The notes below the pieces were generated by a model. The model saw only the letters and a program-made list of their open reading frames with translations. It had not been told where the DNA came from and did no database searches. Positions 13,653 to 27,987 of a DNA stretch of 64,000 bases are shown here, piece by piece. This stretch comes from Eledone cirrhosa (taxonomy: Eukaryota). Positions within the stretch are counted from its first letter, which is position 1; the number at the start of each line of letters is the position of its first letter. The DNA is taken from contig OZ024741.1 in assembly GCA_964016885.1 (NCBI GenBank), positions 82,398,001-82,462,000 on the forward strand, given 5' to 3'. The translations under genes were made by a program, and so were the position numbers.

Positions 13653-13702
<50 letters not shown>

Positions 13703-14060
13703 GAAGAAGAAGAAGAAGAAGACGAAGAAGAAGAAGAAGAAGAAGAAGAAAAAGAAGAAGAAGAAGAAGAAGACGAAGAAGAAGAAGAAGAAGAAGAAGA
13801 AGAAAAAGAAGAAGAAGAAGAAGAAGAAGGCGAAGAAGAAGAAGAAGAAGAAGAAGAAGAAGACGAAGAAGAAGAAGAATAGGACGAAGAAGAAGAAGAA
13901 GAAAAAGAAGAAGCATACGCAGACGGAGAAGAAGAAGAAGAAGAAGAAGAAGAAGAAGAAGAAGAAGAAGAAGAAAAAAGACGAAGAAGCCGAAGAAGAA
14001 GAAGAAGAAGAAGAAGAAGAAGAAGACGACGAAGACGAAGACGAAGAAGAAGAAGAAGAA

Positions 14061-14092
<32 letters not shown>

Positions 14093-14147
14093 AGACGAAT
14101 GATAAGAAGAAGTAGAAGAAGAAGAAGAGGAAGAAGAAGACGAATGA

Positions 14148-14178
<31 letters not shown>

Positions 14179-14546
14179 AAGAAGAAGAAGAAGAATACGC
14201 AGACGAAGAAGAAGACGCAGAAGAAGAAGAAGAAAAAGAAGAAGAAGAAGAAGAAGAAGAAGAAGAAGAAGAAGAAGCAGATGACGAAGAAGAAGAAGAA
14301 GAAGAAGAAGAAGAAGAAGAAGAAGAAGAAGACGAAGGATAAGAAGAAGAAGACAAAGACGAAGACGAAGAAGAAGAAGAAAACGAAGAAGTAGAAGAAG
14401 AAGATGAAGAAGAAGAAGAAGAAGAAGAAGAAGAAGAAGAAGAAGAAGAAGAAGAAGAAGAAGGATACGCAGACGAAGAAGAAGACGCAGAAGAAGAAGA
14501 AGAAGAAGAAGAAGAAGAAGAAGAAGAAGAAGAAGCAGAAGAAGAC

Positions 14547-14619
<73 letters not shown>

Positions 14620-15926
14620 AAGAAGAAGAAGAAGGAGGAGAAGAAGAAGACGAATAAGACAACGACGAAGAAGAAGAAGAAGAAGAAGAAGAAGAAGAAG
14701 AAGAAGAAGAAGAAGAAGAAGGCGAAGACGAAGAAGAAGGCGAAGAAGAAGAAGACGAAGAAGAAGAAGACAAATAAGACAACGACGAAGAAGAAGAAGA
14801 AGAAGAAGAAGAAGAAGAAGAAGAAGAAGAAGAAGAAGAAGAAGACGAAGACGAAGAAGAAGGCCAAGAAGAAGAAGAAGAAGAAGAAGAAGAAGAAGAA
14901 GAAAAGAAGAAGAAGACGACGAAGACGAAAAAGAAGAAGAAGAAGAATACGCAGACGAAGAAGAAGACGGAGAAGAAGAAGAAGAAGAAGAAGAAGAAGA
15001 AGAAGAAGAAGAAGACGGAGAAGAAGAAGAAGAAGAAGAAGAAGAAGACGACGAAGACGAAAAAGAAGAAGAAGAATACGCAGACGAAGAAGAAGACGGA
15101 GAAGAAGAAGAAGAAGAAGAAGAAAACGAAGAAGTAGAAGAAGAAGAAGAAGAAGAAGAAGAAGAAGAAGAAGAAGAAGAATACGCAGACGAAGAAGAAG
15201 ACGCAGAAGAAGAAGAAGAAGAAGAAGAAGAAGAAGAAGAAGAAGAAGAAGCAGAAGACGAAGAAGAAGAAGAAGAAGAAGAAGAAGAAGAAGAAGAAGA
15301 AGAAGAAGAAGACGAAGGAGAAGAAGAAGACGAATAAGACAACGACGAAGAAGAAGAAGAAGAAGAAGAAGAAGAAGAAGAAGAAGACGAAGACGAAGAA
15401 GAAGGCGAAGAAGAAGACGAAGAAGAAGAAGACGAATGAGACAACGACGAAGAAGAAGAAGGCGAAGAAGAAGAAGAAGAAGAAGAAGAAGAAGAAGAAA
15501 AAGAAGAAGAAGAAGAAGACGAATGATAAGAAGAAGAAGACGAAGAAGAAGAAGAAGAAGAAGAAGGCGAAGAAGAAGAAGAAGAAGAAGAAGAAGAAGA
15601 AGAAGAAGAAGAAGAAGAAGACGAAGAAGAAGAAGAAGAAAAAGAAGAAGCATACGCAGACGAAGAAGCAGAAGAAGAAGAAGAAGAAGACGAAGAAGAA
15701 GAAGAAGAAGAAGAAGAAGAAGAAGAAGAAGAAGAAGAAGAAGAAGAAGACGAATGATAAGAAGAAGAAGACGAAGAAGAAGAAGAAGAAGAAGAAGGCG
15801 AAGAAGAAGAAGAAGAAGAAGAAGAAGAAGAAGAAGACGAAGAAGAAGAAGAAGAAAAAGAAGAAGCATACGCAGACGAAGAAGCAGAAGAAGAAGAAGA
15901 AGAAGACGAAGAAGAAGAAGAAGAAG

Positions 15927-15958
<32 letters not shown>

Positions 15959-15985
15959 GAAGAAGAAGAAGAAGAAAAAGAAGAA

Positions 15986-16016
<31 letters not shown>

Positions 16017-16478
16017 AAGACGAAGAAGAAGAAGAAGACGAAGAAGAAGAAGAAGAAGAAGAAGAAGAAGAAGAAGGAGAAGAAGACGACGAAGACGAAG
16101 ACGAAGAAGAAGAAGAAGAAGAAGAAGAAGAAGAAGAAGAAGAAGAAGAAGAAGAATACGACGACGAAGACGAAGGCGAAGAAGAAGAAGAAGAAGAAGA
16201 AGAAGAAGAAGAAGAAGAAGAAGACGAAGGATAAGAAGAAGAAGACGAAGACGAATAAGAAGAAGAAGAAGAAGAAGATGAAGAAGAAGAAGAAGAAGAA
16301 GAAGACGAAGACGAAGAAGAAGAAGAAGACGAAGAAGAAGAAGAAGAAGAAGAAGAAGAAGAAGAAGAAGAAAAAGAAGAAGAATAAGACGACGAAGAAG
16401 AAGAAGACGAAGACGAAGAAGAAGAAGAAGAAGAAGAAGAAGAAGGAGAAGACGAAGACGAAGACGAAGACAAAGACA

Positions 16479-16516
<38 letters not shown>

Positions 16517-16746
16517 GAAGAAGAAGAAGAAGAAGACGAAGAAGAAGAAGAAGAAGAAGAAGAAGAAAAAGAAGAAGAAGAAGAAGAAGACGAAGAAGAA
16601 GAAGAAGAAGAAGAAGAAGAAGAAGAAAAAGAAAAAGAAGAAGAAGAAGAAGAAGAAGAAGAAGAAGAAGAAGAAGAAAAAAGACGAAGAAGAAGCCGAA
16701 GAAGAAGAAGAAGAAGAAGACGAAGAAGACGACGAAGACGAAGACG

Positions 16747-16778
<32 letters not shown>

Positions 16779-17014
16779 GAAGACGAAGGATAAGAAGAAG
16801 AAGACAAAGACGAAGAAGAAGAAGAAGAAGAAGAAGAAGAAGAAGAAGAAGAAGAAGAAGAAGAAGACGAATGATAAGAAGAAGAAGACGAAGAAGAAGA
16901 AGAAGAAGAAGAAGGCGAAGAAGAAGAAGAAGAAGAAGAAGAAGAAGAAGAAGAAGAAGACGAAGAAGAAGAAGAAGAAGAAAAAGAAGAAGCATACGCA
17001 GACGAAGAAGCAGA

Positions 17015-17214
17015 NNNNNNNNNNNNNNNNNNNNNNNNNNNNNNNNNNNNNNNNNNNNNNNNNNNNNNNNNNNNNNNNNNNNNNNNNNNNNNNNNNNNNN
17101 NNNNNNNNNNNNNNNNNNNNNNNNNNNNNNNNNNNNNNNNNNNNNNNNNNNNNNNNNNNNNNNNNNNNNNNNNNNNNNNNNNNNNNNNNNNNNNNNNNNN
17201 NNNNNNNNNNNNNN
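17015..17214. other. Assembly gap (200 N)
   Basis: Run of N of round length. Confidence 0.99.
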
Positions 17215-18053
17215 GACTCGGATGCCCGTTCCACTCGGCGCGATTTTACATTTATTGTTCTATACGACACGGTGCACAGGCGCCGATGCTCCATTTTATT
17301 AGGTGGGGGGGGGGGGGGGCTGACCCTGTACCCATCTTTTTTTACCATTTGTTTGGCATTTTCTAAATCTTCTTGAGTTACCGTGAACGCTTCGAATTGT
17401 TTTGCTACGATGGCGAAACTGAGGGTCGGTTTTATAATGTCATTGTTGTTGTTGTTGCTATCGTTATTTGTGTTAATCTTAATTTTTGTTTCAGTTGTGG
17501 TGGTGGTGGTGACGTCATTCGTCTTTGGTGCGGAAGAGTCCATTTTGCTTGATTTCATTTCGACATCACGAGTTAATTTATTTTTTTCTTCTTTTGTTTC
17601 TGTTGTCGCGGTGGTGGTGGGGATGGTGGTTGTCGCGGTGGTGGTGGTGGTGGAGGCTTTAACACCTGCAGTCATTGGTAATGGCGGGAAATGAATGTCT
17701 GCCTGAGACAAATTTAAAATATTGCTACTGCTTATATTTTTTTTTGTGTTGGCAAACGTAGTAACATTTACAATGGTGGTGTCGGTGTGAGGTGTTATTT
17801 TGTGAGGAAGGCTTTCAGCTGCTTCGTGCAGAGGCAAATTAGCCATTTTTTTCAAAGAAATTTTTGGATAATAATAAAAGTTAAAATTTTGGGCACAAGG
17901 CCCCAATCTTTTTGGGTGTCCTTTTCGGAAAACAATGTATGCGTGCTTATAAACAGTTAACAATAAAATTTTCCATAAATGGCAATTTTTAACAAACGGA
18001 AATAACAAACCTTTGCGGAGCTCACGATGATACGATTTACTACGTAGGTCGCC
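17215..18053 (-). mobile_element. Near-identical duplicate of the 5' end of LINE copy 2 (12220-13055), cut by the gap
   Basis: The only differences I saw are a G-run length and one base; the adjoining GAA pattern is duplicated too. Confidence 0.92.
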
Positions 18054-18103
<50 letters not shown>

Positions 18104-18650
18104 TAATAATAATAATAATAATAATAAGAAGAAGAAGAAGAAGACAAAGACGAAGATGAAGGCGAAGAAGAAGAAGAAGACGAAGAAGAAGACGAAGACG
18201 AAGAAGGAGAAGACGAAGAAGAAGAAGAAGAAGAAGAAGAAGAAGAAGAAGAAGAAGAAGAAGAATACGAGGGATAAGAAGAAGAAGACGAAGTCGAAGA
18301 AGAAGAAGAAGAAGAAGAAGAATACGACGACGAAGACGAAGACGAAGAAGAAGAAGAAGAAGAAGAAGAAGAAGAAGAAGAAGAAGACGAAGGATAAGAA
18401 GAAGAAGACGAAGACGAATAAGAAGAAGAAGAAGAAGAAGAAGATGAAGAAGAAGAAGAAGAAGACGAAGACGAAGAAGAAGAAGAAGACGAAGAAGAAG
18501 AAGAAGAAGAAGAAGAAGAAGAAGAAGAAGAAGAAGAAAAAGAAGAAGAATAAGACGACGAAGAAGAAGAAGACGAAGACGAAGAAGAAGAAGAAGAAGA
18601 AGAAGAAGAAGAAGAAGGAGAAGAAGAAGACGAAGACGAAGACAAAGACA

Positions 18651-18700
<50 letters not shown>

Positions 18701-19054
18701 GAAGAAGAAGAAGAAGAAGACGAAGAAGAAGAAGAAGAAGAAGAAAAAGAGAAGAAGAAGAAGAAGACGAAGAAGAAGAAGAAGAAGAAGAAGAAGAAAA
18801 AGAAGAAGAAGAAGAAGAAGAAGGCGAAGAAGAAGAAGAAGAAGAAGAAGAAGAAGACGAAGAAGAAGAAGAATAGGACGAAGAAGAAGAAGAAGAAAAA
18901 GAAGAAGCATACGCAGACGGAGAAGAAGAAGAAGAAGAAGAAGAAGAAGAAGAAGAAGAAGAAGAAGAAAAAAGACGAAGAAGCCGAAGAAGAAGAAGAA
19001 GAAGAAGAAGAAGAAGAAGACGACGAAGACGAAGACGAAGAAGAAGAAGAAGAA

Positions 19055-19086
<32 letters not shown>

Positions 19087-19141
19087 AGACGAATGATAAG
19101 AAGAAGTAGAAGAAGAAGAAGAGGAAGAAGAAGACGAATGA

Positions 19142-19172
<31 letters not shown>

Positions 19173-19534
19173 AAGAAGAAGAAGAATACGCAGACGAAGA
19201 AGAAGACGCAGAAGAAGAAGAAGAAAAAGAAGAAGAAGAAGAAGAAGAAGAAGAAGAAGAAGAAGCAGATGACGAAGAAGAAGAAGAAGAAGAAGAAGAA
19301 GAAGAAGAAGAAGAAGAAGACGAAGGATAAGAAGAAGAAGACAAAGACGAAGACGAAGAAGAAGAAGAAAACGAAGAAGTAGAAGAAGAAGATGAAGAAG
19401 AAGAAGAAGAAGAAGAAGAAGAAGAAGAAGAAGAAGAAGAAGAAGAAGAAGGATACGCAGACGAAGAAGAAGACGCAGAAGAAGAAGAAGAAGAAGAAGA
19501 AGAAGAAGAAGAAGAAGAAGAAGCAGAAGAAGAC

Positions 19535-19607
<73 letters not shown>

Positions 19608-21090
19608 AAGAAGAAGAAGAAGGAGGAGAAGAAGAAGACGAATAAGACAACGACGAAGAAGAAGAAGAAGAAGAAGAAGAAGAAGAAGAAGAAGAAGAAG
19701 AAGAAGAAGGCGAAGACGAAGAAGAAGGCGAAGAAAAAAAAAAAAAAAAAAAACAAAAACTCACAACAAAAACAAAATAAACAAAAAAAAAAAAACTAAA
19801 AAGAAAACAAAGACAAATAAAAAGATTAAAAGAAAAATAACACAACACAAAGAAGAAAAAAGAAAAATAAAATTAAAAAAAAAAAACAATAAAAAAACAA
19901 AAAGTAAAAAGAAGACGAAAAGAAGAAGAAGACAAATAAGACAACGACGAAGAAGAAGAAGAAGAAGAAGAAGAAGAAGAAGAAGAAGAAGAAGAAGAGA
20001 AGAAGACGAAGACGAAGAAGAAGGCCAAGAGAAGAAGAAGAAGAAGAAGAAGAAGAAGAAGAAAAGAAGAAGAAGACGACGAAGACGAAAAAAGAAGAAG
20101 AAGAAGAATACGCAGACGAAGAAGAAGACGGAGAAGAAGAAGAAGAAGAAGAAGAAGAAGAAGAAGAAGAAGAGAAGAAGACGGAGAAGAAGAAGAAGAA
20201 GAAGAAGAAGAAGACGACGAAGACGAAAAAGAAGAAGAAGAATACGCAGACGAAGAAGAAGACGGAGAAGAAGAAGAAGAAGAAGAAGAAAACGAAGAAG
20301 TAGAAGAGAGAAGAAGAAGAAGAAGAGAAGAAGAAGAAGAAGAATACGCAGACGAAGAAGAAGACGCAGAAGAAGAAGAAGAAGAAGAAGAAGAAGAAGA
20401 AGAAGAAGAAGAAGCAGAAGACGAAGAAGAAGAAGAAGAAGAAGAGAAGAAGAAGAAGAAGAAGAAGAAGAAGACGAAGGAGAAGAAGAAGACGAATAAG
20501 ACAACGACGAAGAGAGAAGAAGAAGAAGAAGAAGAAGAAGAAGAAGAAGACGAAGACGAAGAAGAAGGCGAAGAAGAAGACGAAGAAGAAGAAGACGAAT
20601 GAGACAACGACGAAGAAGAAGAAGGCGAAGAAGAAGAAGAAGAAGAAGAAGAAGAAGAAGAAAAAGAAGAAGAAGAAGAAGACGAATGATAAGAAGAAGA
20701 AGACGAAGAAGAAGAAGAAGAAGAAGAAGGCGAAGAAGAAGAAGAAGAAGAAGAAGAAGAAGAAGAAGAAGAAGAAGAAGAAGACGAAGAAGAAGAAGAA
20801 GAAAAAGAAGAAGCATACGCAGACGAAGAAGCAGAAGAAGAAGAAGAAGAAGACGAAGAAGAAGAAGAAGAAGAAGAAGAAGAAGAAGAAGAAGAAGAAG
20901 AAGAAGAAGAAGACGAATGATAAGAAGAAGAAGACGAAGAAGAAGAAGAAGAAGAAGAAGGCGAGAGAAGAAGAAGAAGAAGAAGAAGAAGAAGAAGAAG
21001 ACGAAGAAGAAGAAGAAGAAAAAGAAGAAGCATACGCAGACGAAGAAGCAGAAGAAGAAGAAGAAGAAGACGAAGAAGAAGAAGAAGAAG

Positions 21091-21122
<32 letters not shown>

Positions 21123-21645
21123 GAAGAAGAAGAAGAAGAAAAAGAAGAATAAGAAGAAGAAGAAGAAGAAGGAAGAAGAAGAAGACGAAGAGAAGAAGAA
21201 GAAGACGAAGAAGAGAAGAGAAGAAGAGAAGAAGAAGAAGGAGAAGAAGACGACGAAGACGAAGACGAAGAAGAAGAAGAAGAAGAAGAAGAAGAAGAAG
21301 AAGAAGAAGAAGAAGAAGAATACGACGACGAAGACGAAGGCGAAGAAGAAGAAGAAGAAGAAGAAGAAGAAGAAGAAGAAGAAGAAGACGAAGGATAAGA
21401 AGAAGAAGACGAAGACGAATAAGAAGAAGAAGAAGAAGAAGATGAAGAAGAAGAAGAAGAAGAAGAAGACGAAGACGAAGAAGAAGAAGAAGACGAAGAA
21501 GAAGAAGAAGAAGAAGAAGAAGAAGAGAAGAAGAAAAAGAAGAAGAATAAGGACGACGAAGAAGAAGAAGACGAGAAGACGAAGAAGAAGAAGAAGAAGA
21601 AGAAGAAGAAGGAGAAGACGAAGACGAAGACGAAGACAAAGACAA

Positions 21646-21681
<36 letters not shown>

Positions 21682-23081
21682 GAAGAAGAAGAAGAAGAAG
21701 ACGAAGAAGAAGAAGAAGAAGAAGAAGAAGAAAAAGAAGAAGAAGAAGAAGAAGACGAAGAAGAAGAAGAAGAAGAAGAAGAGAGAAGAAAAAGAAAAAG
21801 AAGAAGAAGAAGAAGAAGAAGAAGAAGAAGAAGAAGAAGAAGAAAAAGACGAAGAAGAAGCCGAAGAAGAAGAAGAAGAAGAAGACGAAGAAGACGACGA
21901 AGACGAAGACGAGAGAAGAAGAAGAAGAAGAAGAAGAAGTAGAAGACGAAGGATAAGAAGAAGAAGACAAAGACGAAGAAGAAGAAGAGAAGAAGAGAAG
22001 AAGAAGAAGAAGAAGAAGAAGAAGAAGACGAATGATAAGAAGAAGAAGACGAAGAAGAAGAAGAAGAAGAAGAAGGCGAAGAAGAAGAAGAAGAAGAAGA
22101 AGAAGAAGAAGAAGAAGACGAAGAAGAAGAAGAAGAAGAAAAAGAAGAAGCATACGCAGACGAAGAAGCAGAAGAAGAAGAAGAAGACGAAGAAGAAGAA
22201 GAAGAAGAAGAATAAGAAGAAGAAGAAGAAGAAGAAAAAGAAGAAGAAGAAGAAGAAGAAGAAGAAGACGAAGAAGAAGAAGAAGAAGAAGAAGAAGAAG
22301 AAGAAGAAGAAGAAGAAAAAAAAGACGAAGAAGAAGCCGAAGAAGAAGAAGAAGAAGAAGAAGAAGAAGGAGAAGAAGACGACGAAGACGAAGAAGAAGA
22401 AGAAGAAGAAGAAGAAGAAGAAGAAGAAGAAGAAGAAGAAGACGAAGGATAAGAAGAAGACAAAGACGAAGAAGAAGAAGAAGAAGAAGAAGAAGAAGAA
22501 GAAGAAGAAGACGAAGAAGAAGAAGAAGAAGAAGAAGAAGAAGAAGAAGAAGAAGACGAAGAAGAAGAAGAAGAAAAGAAGAAGGAGAAGCAGAAGAAGA
22601 AGAAGAAGAAGAAGAAGAAGAAGAAGAAGAAGACGAAGACGAAGAAGAAGAAGAAAACGAAGAAGTAGAAGAAGAAGAAGAAGAAGAAGAAGAAGAAGAA
22701 GAAGAAGAAGAAAAAGAAGAAGAAGAAGAAGAAGAAGAAGAAGAATACGCAGACGAAGAAGAAGGACGCAGAAGAAGAAGAAGAAGAAGTAGAAGAAGAA
22801 GAAGAAGAGAGAAGAAGAAGAAGAAGAAGAAGAAGAAGGAAGACGAAGGAGAAGAAGAAGACGAATAAGACAACGACGAAGAAGAAGAAGAAGAAGAAGA
22901 AGAAGAAGAAGAAGAAGAAGAAGAAGAAGAAGACGAAGACGAAGAGAAGGCGAAGAAGAAGAAGACGAAGAAGAAGAAGACGAATAAGACAACGACGAAG
23001 AAGAAGAAGAAGAAGAAGAAGAAGAAGAAGAAGAAGAAGAAGAAGAAGACGAAGAAGAAGGCGAAGAAGAAGAAGAAGCCT

Positions 23082-23112
<31 letters not shown>

Positions 23113-23417
23113 AAGAAGAAGAAGAAGAAGAAAAGAAGAAGAAGACGACGAAGACGAAAAAGAAGAAGAAGAATACGCAGACGAAGAAGAAGACGGAGAA
23201 GAAGAAGAAGAAGAAGAAGAAGAAGAAGAAGAAGACGAGAGAAGAAGAAGAAGAAGAAGAAGAAGAAGACGAAGAAGAAGAAGAAAGAAGAAGAAGGAAG
23301 AAGAAGAAGAAGAAGAAGAAGAAGACGGAGAAGAAGAAGAAGGAAGAAGAAGAAGAAGAAGAAGAAGACGACGAAGACGAAGACGAAGAAGAAGAAGAAG
23401 AAGAAGAAGACGAAGGA

Positions 23418-23448
<31 letters not shown>

Positions 23449-23466
23449 AGAGAAGAAGACGAAGAA

Positions 23467-23499
<33 letters not shown>

Positions 23500-24034
23500 A
23501 AAGAAGAAGGAGAAGAAGAAGAAGAAGAAGAAGACGAAGACGAAGACGAAGACGAAGAAGAAAACGAAGAAGAAGAAGAAGAAGAAGAAGAAGAAGAAGA
23601 AGAAGAAGAAGAAGAAGACGCAGATGAAGAAGAAGAAGAAGAAGAAGAAGGCGAAGAAGAAGAAGAAGAAGAAGAAGAAGAAGAAGAAGAAGAAGAAGAA
23701 GAAGAAGAAGAATAGGACGAAGAAGAAGAAGAAGAAAAAGAAGAAGCATACGCAGACGGAGAAGAAGAAGAAGAAGAAGAAGAAGAAGAAGAAGAAGAAG
23801 AGAAAAAAGACGAAGAAGCCGAAGAAGAAGAAGAAGAAGAAGAAGAAGAAGAAGAAGACGACGAAGACGAAGACGAAGAAGAAGAAGAAGAAGAAGAAGA
23901 AGAAGACGAAGGATAAGAAGAAGAAGACAAAGACGAAGAAGAAGAAGAGAAGAAGTAGAAGAGAAGAAGAGGAAGAAGAAGACGAATGATATGAAGAAGT
24001 AGAAGAAGAAGAAGAGGAAGAAGAAGACGAATGA

Positions 24035-24065
<31 letters not shown>

Positions 24066-24411
24066 AAGAAGAAGAGAGAAGAAGAATACGCAGACGAAGA
24101 AGAAGACGCAGAAGAAGAAGAAGAAAAAGAAGAAGAAGGAAGAAGAAGAAGAAGAAGAAGAAGCAGATGACGAAGAAGAAGAAGAAGAAGAAGAAGAAGA
24201 AGACGAAGGATAAGAAGAAGAAGACAAAGACGAAGAAGAAGAAGAAAACGAAGAAGTAGAAGAAGAAGATGAAGAAGAAGAAGAAGAAGAAGAAGAAGAA
24301 GAAGAAGAAGAAGAAGAAGAAGAAGAAGGATACGCAGACGAAGAAGAAGACGCAGAAGAAGAAGAAGAAGAAGAAGAAGAAGAAGAAGAAGAAGAAGAAG
24401 CAGAAGAAGAC

Positions 24412-24487
<76 letters not shown>

Positions 24488-25445
24488 AAGAAGAAGAAGA
24501 AGAAGGAGGAGAAGAAGAAGACGAATAAGACAACGACGAAGAAGAAGAAGAAGAAGAAGAAGAAGAAGAAGAAGAAGAAGACGAAGACGAAGAAGAAGGC
24601 GAAGAAGAAGAAGACGAAGAAGAAGAAGACAAATAAGACAACGACGAAGAAGAAGAAGAAGAAGAAGAAGAAGAAGAAGAAGAAGAAGAAGAAGAAGACG
24701 AAGACGAAGAAGAAGGCCAAGAAGAAGAAGAAGAAGAAGAAGAAGAAGAAGAAGAAGAAGAAGAAGAAGAAAAGAAGAAGAAGACGACGAAGACGAAAAA
24801 GAAGAAGAAGAAGAATACGCAGACGAAGAAGAAGACGGAGAAGAAGAAGAAGAAGAAGAAGAAGAAGAAGAAGAAGAAGAAGAAGAAGAAGAAGAAGACG
24901 GAGAAGAAGAAGAAGAAGAAGAAGAAGAAGAAGAAGAAGAAGAAGAAGAAGAAGAAGACGACGAAGACGAAAAAGAAGAAGAAGAATACGCAGACGAAGA
25001 AGAAGACGGAGAAGAAGAAGAAGAAGAAGAAGAAGAAGAAAACGAAGAAGTAGAAGAAGAAGAAGAAGAAGAAGAAGAAGAAGAAGAAGAAGAAGAAGAA
25101 GAAGAAGAATACGCAGACGAAGAAGAAGACGCAGAAGAAGAAGAAGAAGAAGAAGAAGAAGAAGAAGAAGAAGAAGAAGAAGAAGCAGAAGACGAAGAAG
25201 AAGAAGAAGAAGAAGAAGAAGAAGAAGAAGAAGAAGAAGAAGAAGACGAAGACGAAGGCGAAGAAGAAGACGAAGAAGAAGAAGACGAATGAGACAACGA
25301 CGAAGAAGAAGAAGGCGAAGAAGAAGAAGAAGAAGAAGAAGAAGAAGAAGAAGAAGAATAAGAAGAAGAAGAAGAAGAAGAAGAAGACGAAGACGAAGAA
25401 GAAGGCGAAGAAGAAGAAGAAGAAGAAGCCGAAGAAGAAGAAGAA

Positions 25446-25476
<31 letters not shown>

Positions 25477-26203
25477 AAGAAGAAGAAAAGAAGAAGAAGA
25501 AGAAGAAGAAGAAGAAGAAGAAGAAGAAGACGAAGAAGAAGAAGAAGAAGAAGAAGAAGACGAAGAAGTAGAAGAAGAAGAAGAAGAAGAAGAAAGAAGA
25601 AGAAGACGAAGAAGAAGAAGAAGAAGAAGAAGAAGACGAAGACGAAGAAGAAGGCGAAGAAGAAGAAGACGAAGAAGAAGAAGACGAATACGACAACGAC
25701 GAAGAAGAAGAAGAAGAAGAAGAAGAAGAAGAAGAAGAAGAAGAAGACGAAGACGAAGAAGAAGGCGAAGAAGAAGTAGAAGCCGAAGAAGAAGAAGAAG
25801 AAGAAGAAGAAGAAGAAGAAGAAGAAGAAGAAGAAGAAGACGACGAAGACGAAAAAGAAGAAGAAGAAGAATACGCAGACGAAGAAGAAGACGGAGAAGA
25901 AGAAGAAGAAGAAGAAGAAGAAGAAGAAGAAGAAGAAGAAGAAGAAGAAGAAGAAGACGGAGAAGAAGAAGAAGAAGAAGACGACGAAGACGAAGAAGAA
26001 GAAGAAGAAGAAGAAGAAGAAGAAGAAGAAGAAGAAGAAGAAGAAAGAAGAAGAAGACGAAGAAGAAGAAGAAGACGAAGAAGAAGAAGAAGAAGAAGAA
26101 GAAGAAGAAGAAGAAGAAGAAGAAAACGACGAAGACGAAAAAGAAGAAGAAGAAGAATACGTAGACGAAGAAGAAGACGGAGAAGAAGAAGAAGAAGAAG
26201 AAG

Positions 26204-26235
<32 letters not shown>

Positions 26236-26360
26236 GAAGAAAAAGACGGAGAAGAAGAAGATGAAGAAGAAGAAGAAGAAGAAGTAGAAAACGACGAAGA
26301 CGAAAAAAGAAGAAGAAGAAGAATACGTAGACGAAGAAGAAGACGGAGAAGAAGAAGAAG

Positions 26361-26392
<32 letters not shown>

Positions 26393-26779
26393 GAAGAAGA
26401 AGAAGACGGAGAAGAAGAAAAAGAAGAAGAAGAAGAAGAAGAAGAAGAAGAAGAAGAAGAAAAAGAAGAAGGAGAAGAAGAAGAAGAAGAAGAAGACGAA
26501 GACGAAGACGAAGACGAAGAAGAAAACGAAGAAGAAGAAGAAGAAGAAGAAGAAGAAGAAGAAGAAGAAGAAGAAGAAGAAGAGAACGCAGATGAAGAAG
26601 AAGACGAAGAAGAAGAAGAAGAAGAAGAAGAAGGAGAAGAAGAAGAAGAGGAAGAAGAAGACGAATGATAAGAAGAAGAAGACGAAGAAGAAGAAGAAGA
26701 AGAAGAAGAAGAAGAAGAAGAAGAAGACGCAGAAGAAGAAGAAGACGACGAAGACGAAGACAAAGGAGAAGACAAAGAC

Positions 26780-26843
<64 letters not shown>

Positions 26844-27079
26844 ACGAAGACGAAGAAGAAGACGAAGAAGAAGACGAAGAAGAAGAAGAAGAAGAAGAAG
26901 AAGAAGAAGAAGAAGACAACGACGACGAAGAAGAAGAAGAAGACGAAGAAGAAGAAGAAGAAGAAGAAGAAGAAGAAGAAGAAGAAGATGAAGACGAAGA
27001 AGATGACGAAGGCGAAGAAGAAGAAGAAGAAGAAGAAGATGAAGAAGAAGAAGAAGAAGAAGAAGAAGACGAAGACGAA

Positions 27080-27114
<35 letters not shown>

Positions 27115-27730
27115 AAAAGAAGAAGAAGAAGAAGAAGAAGAAGAAGACGACGAAGACGAAGGAGAAGAAGAGGAAGAAGAAGACGAAGAAGAAGAAGAAG
27201 AAGAAGAAGAAGAAGAAGACGAAGGATAAGAAGAAGAAGACAAAGACGAAGAGGAAGAAGAAGAAGAAGAAGAAGAAGAAGAAGAAGAAGAAGAAGAAGA
27301 AGAAGAAGACGAAGGATAAGAAGAAGAAGACGAAGAAGAAGAAGAAGAAGAAGAAGAAGAAGACGAAGAAGAAGAAGAAGAAAAAGAAGAAGGAGAAGCA
27401 GAAGAAGAAGAAGAAGAAGAAGAAGAAGAAGAAGAAGAAGAAGAAGAAGAAGAAAAAGAATACGAAGACGAAGAAGAAGAAGAAAACGAAGAAGTAGAAG
27501 AAGAAGAAGAAGAAGAAGAAGAAGAAGAAGAAGAAGAAGAAGAAGAATACGCAGACGAAGAAGAAGACGCAGAAGAAGAAGAAGAAGAAGAAGAAGAAGA
27601 AGAAGAAGAAGAAGAAGAAGAAGCAGAAGACGAAGAAGAAGAAGAAGAAGAAGAAGAAGAAGAAGAAGAAGAAGAAGAAGACGAAGGATAAGAAGAAGAC
27701 AAAGGCAAAGACGAAGAAGAAGAAGAAGAA

Positions 27731-27762
<32 letters not shown>

Positions 27763-27912
27763 AGACGACGAAGGCGAAGAAGAAGAAGAAGAAGAAGTAG
27801 AAGAAGAAGAAGAAGAAGAAGAAGAAGAAGAAGAAGAAGAAGACGAAGAAGACGAGGAAGAAGACGAAGGCGAAGAAGAAGAAGAAGAAGAAGACGAAGA
27901 AGAAGAAGAAGA

Positions 27913-27943
<31 letters not shown>

Positions 27944-27955
27944 TAAGAAGAAGAC

Positions 27956-27987
<32 letters not shown>

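Noticed and set aside
19733-19920. A-rich patch as a poly(A) tail or distinct element
   Set aside because: Looks like a garbled rendering of GAA repeat in low-quality consensus.
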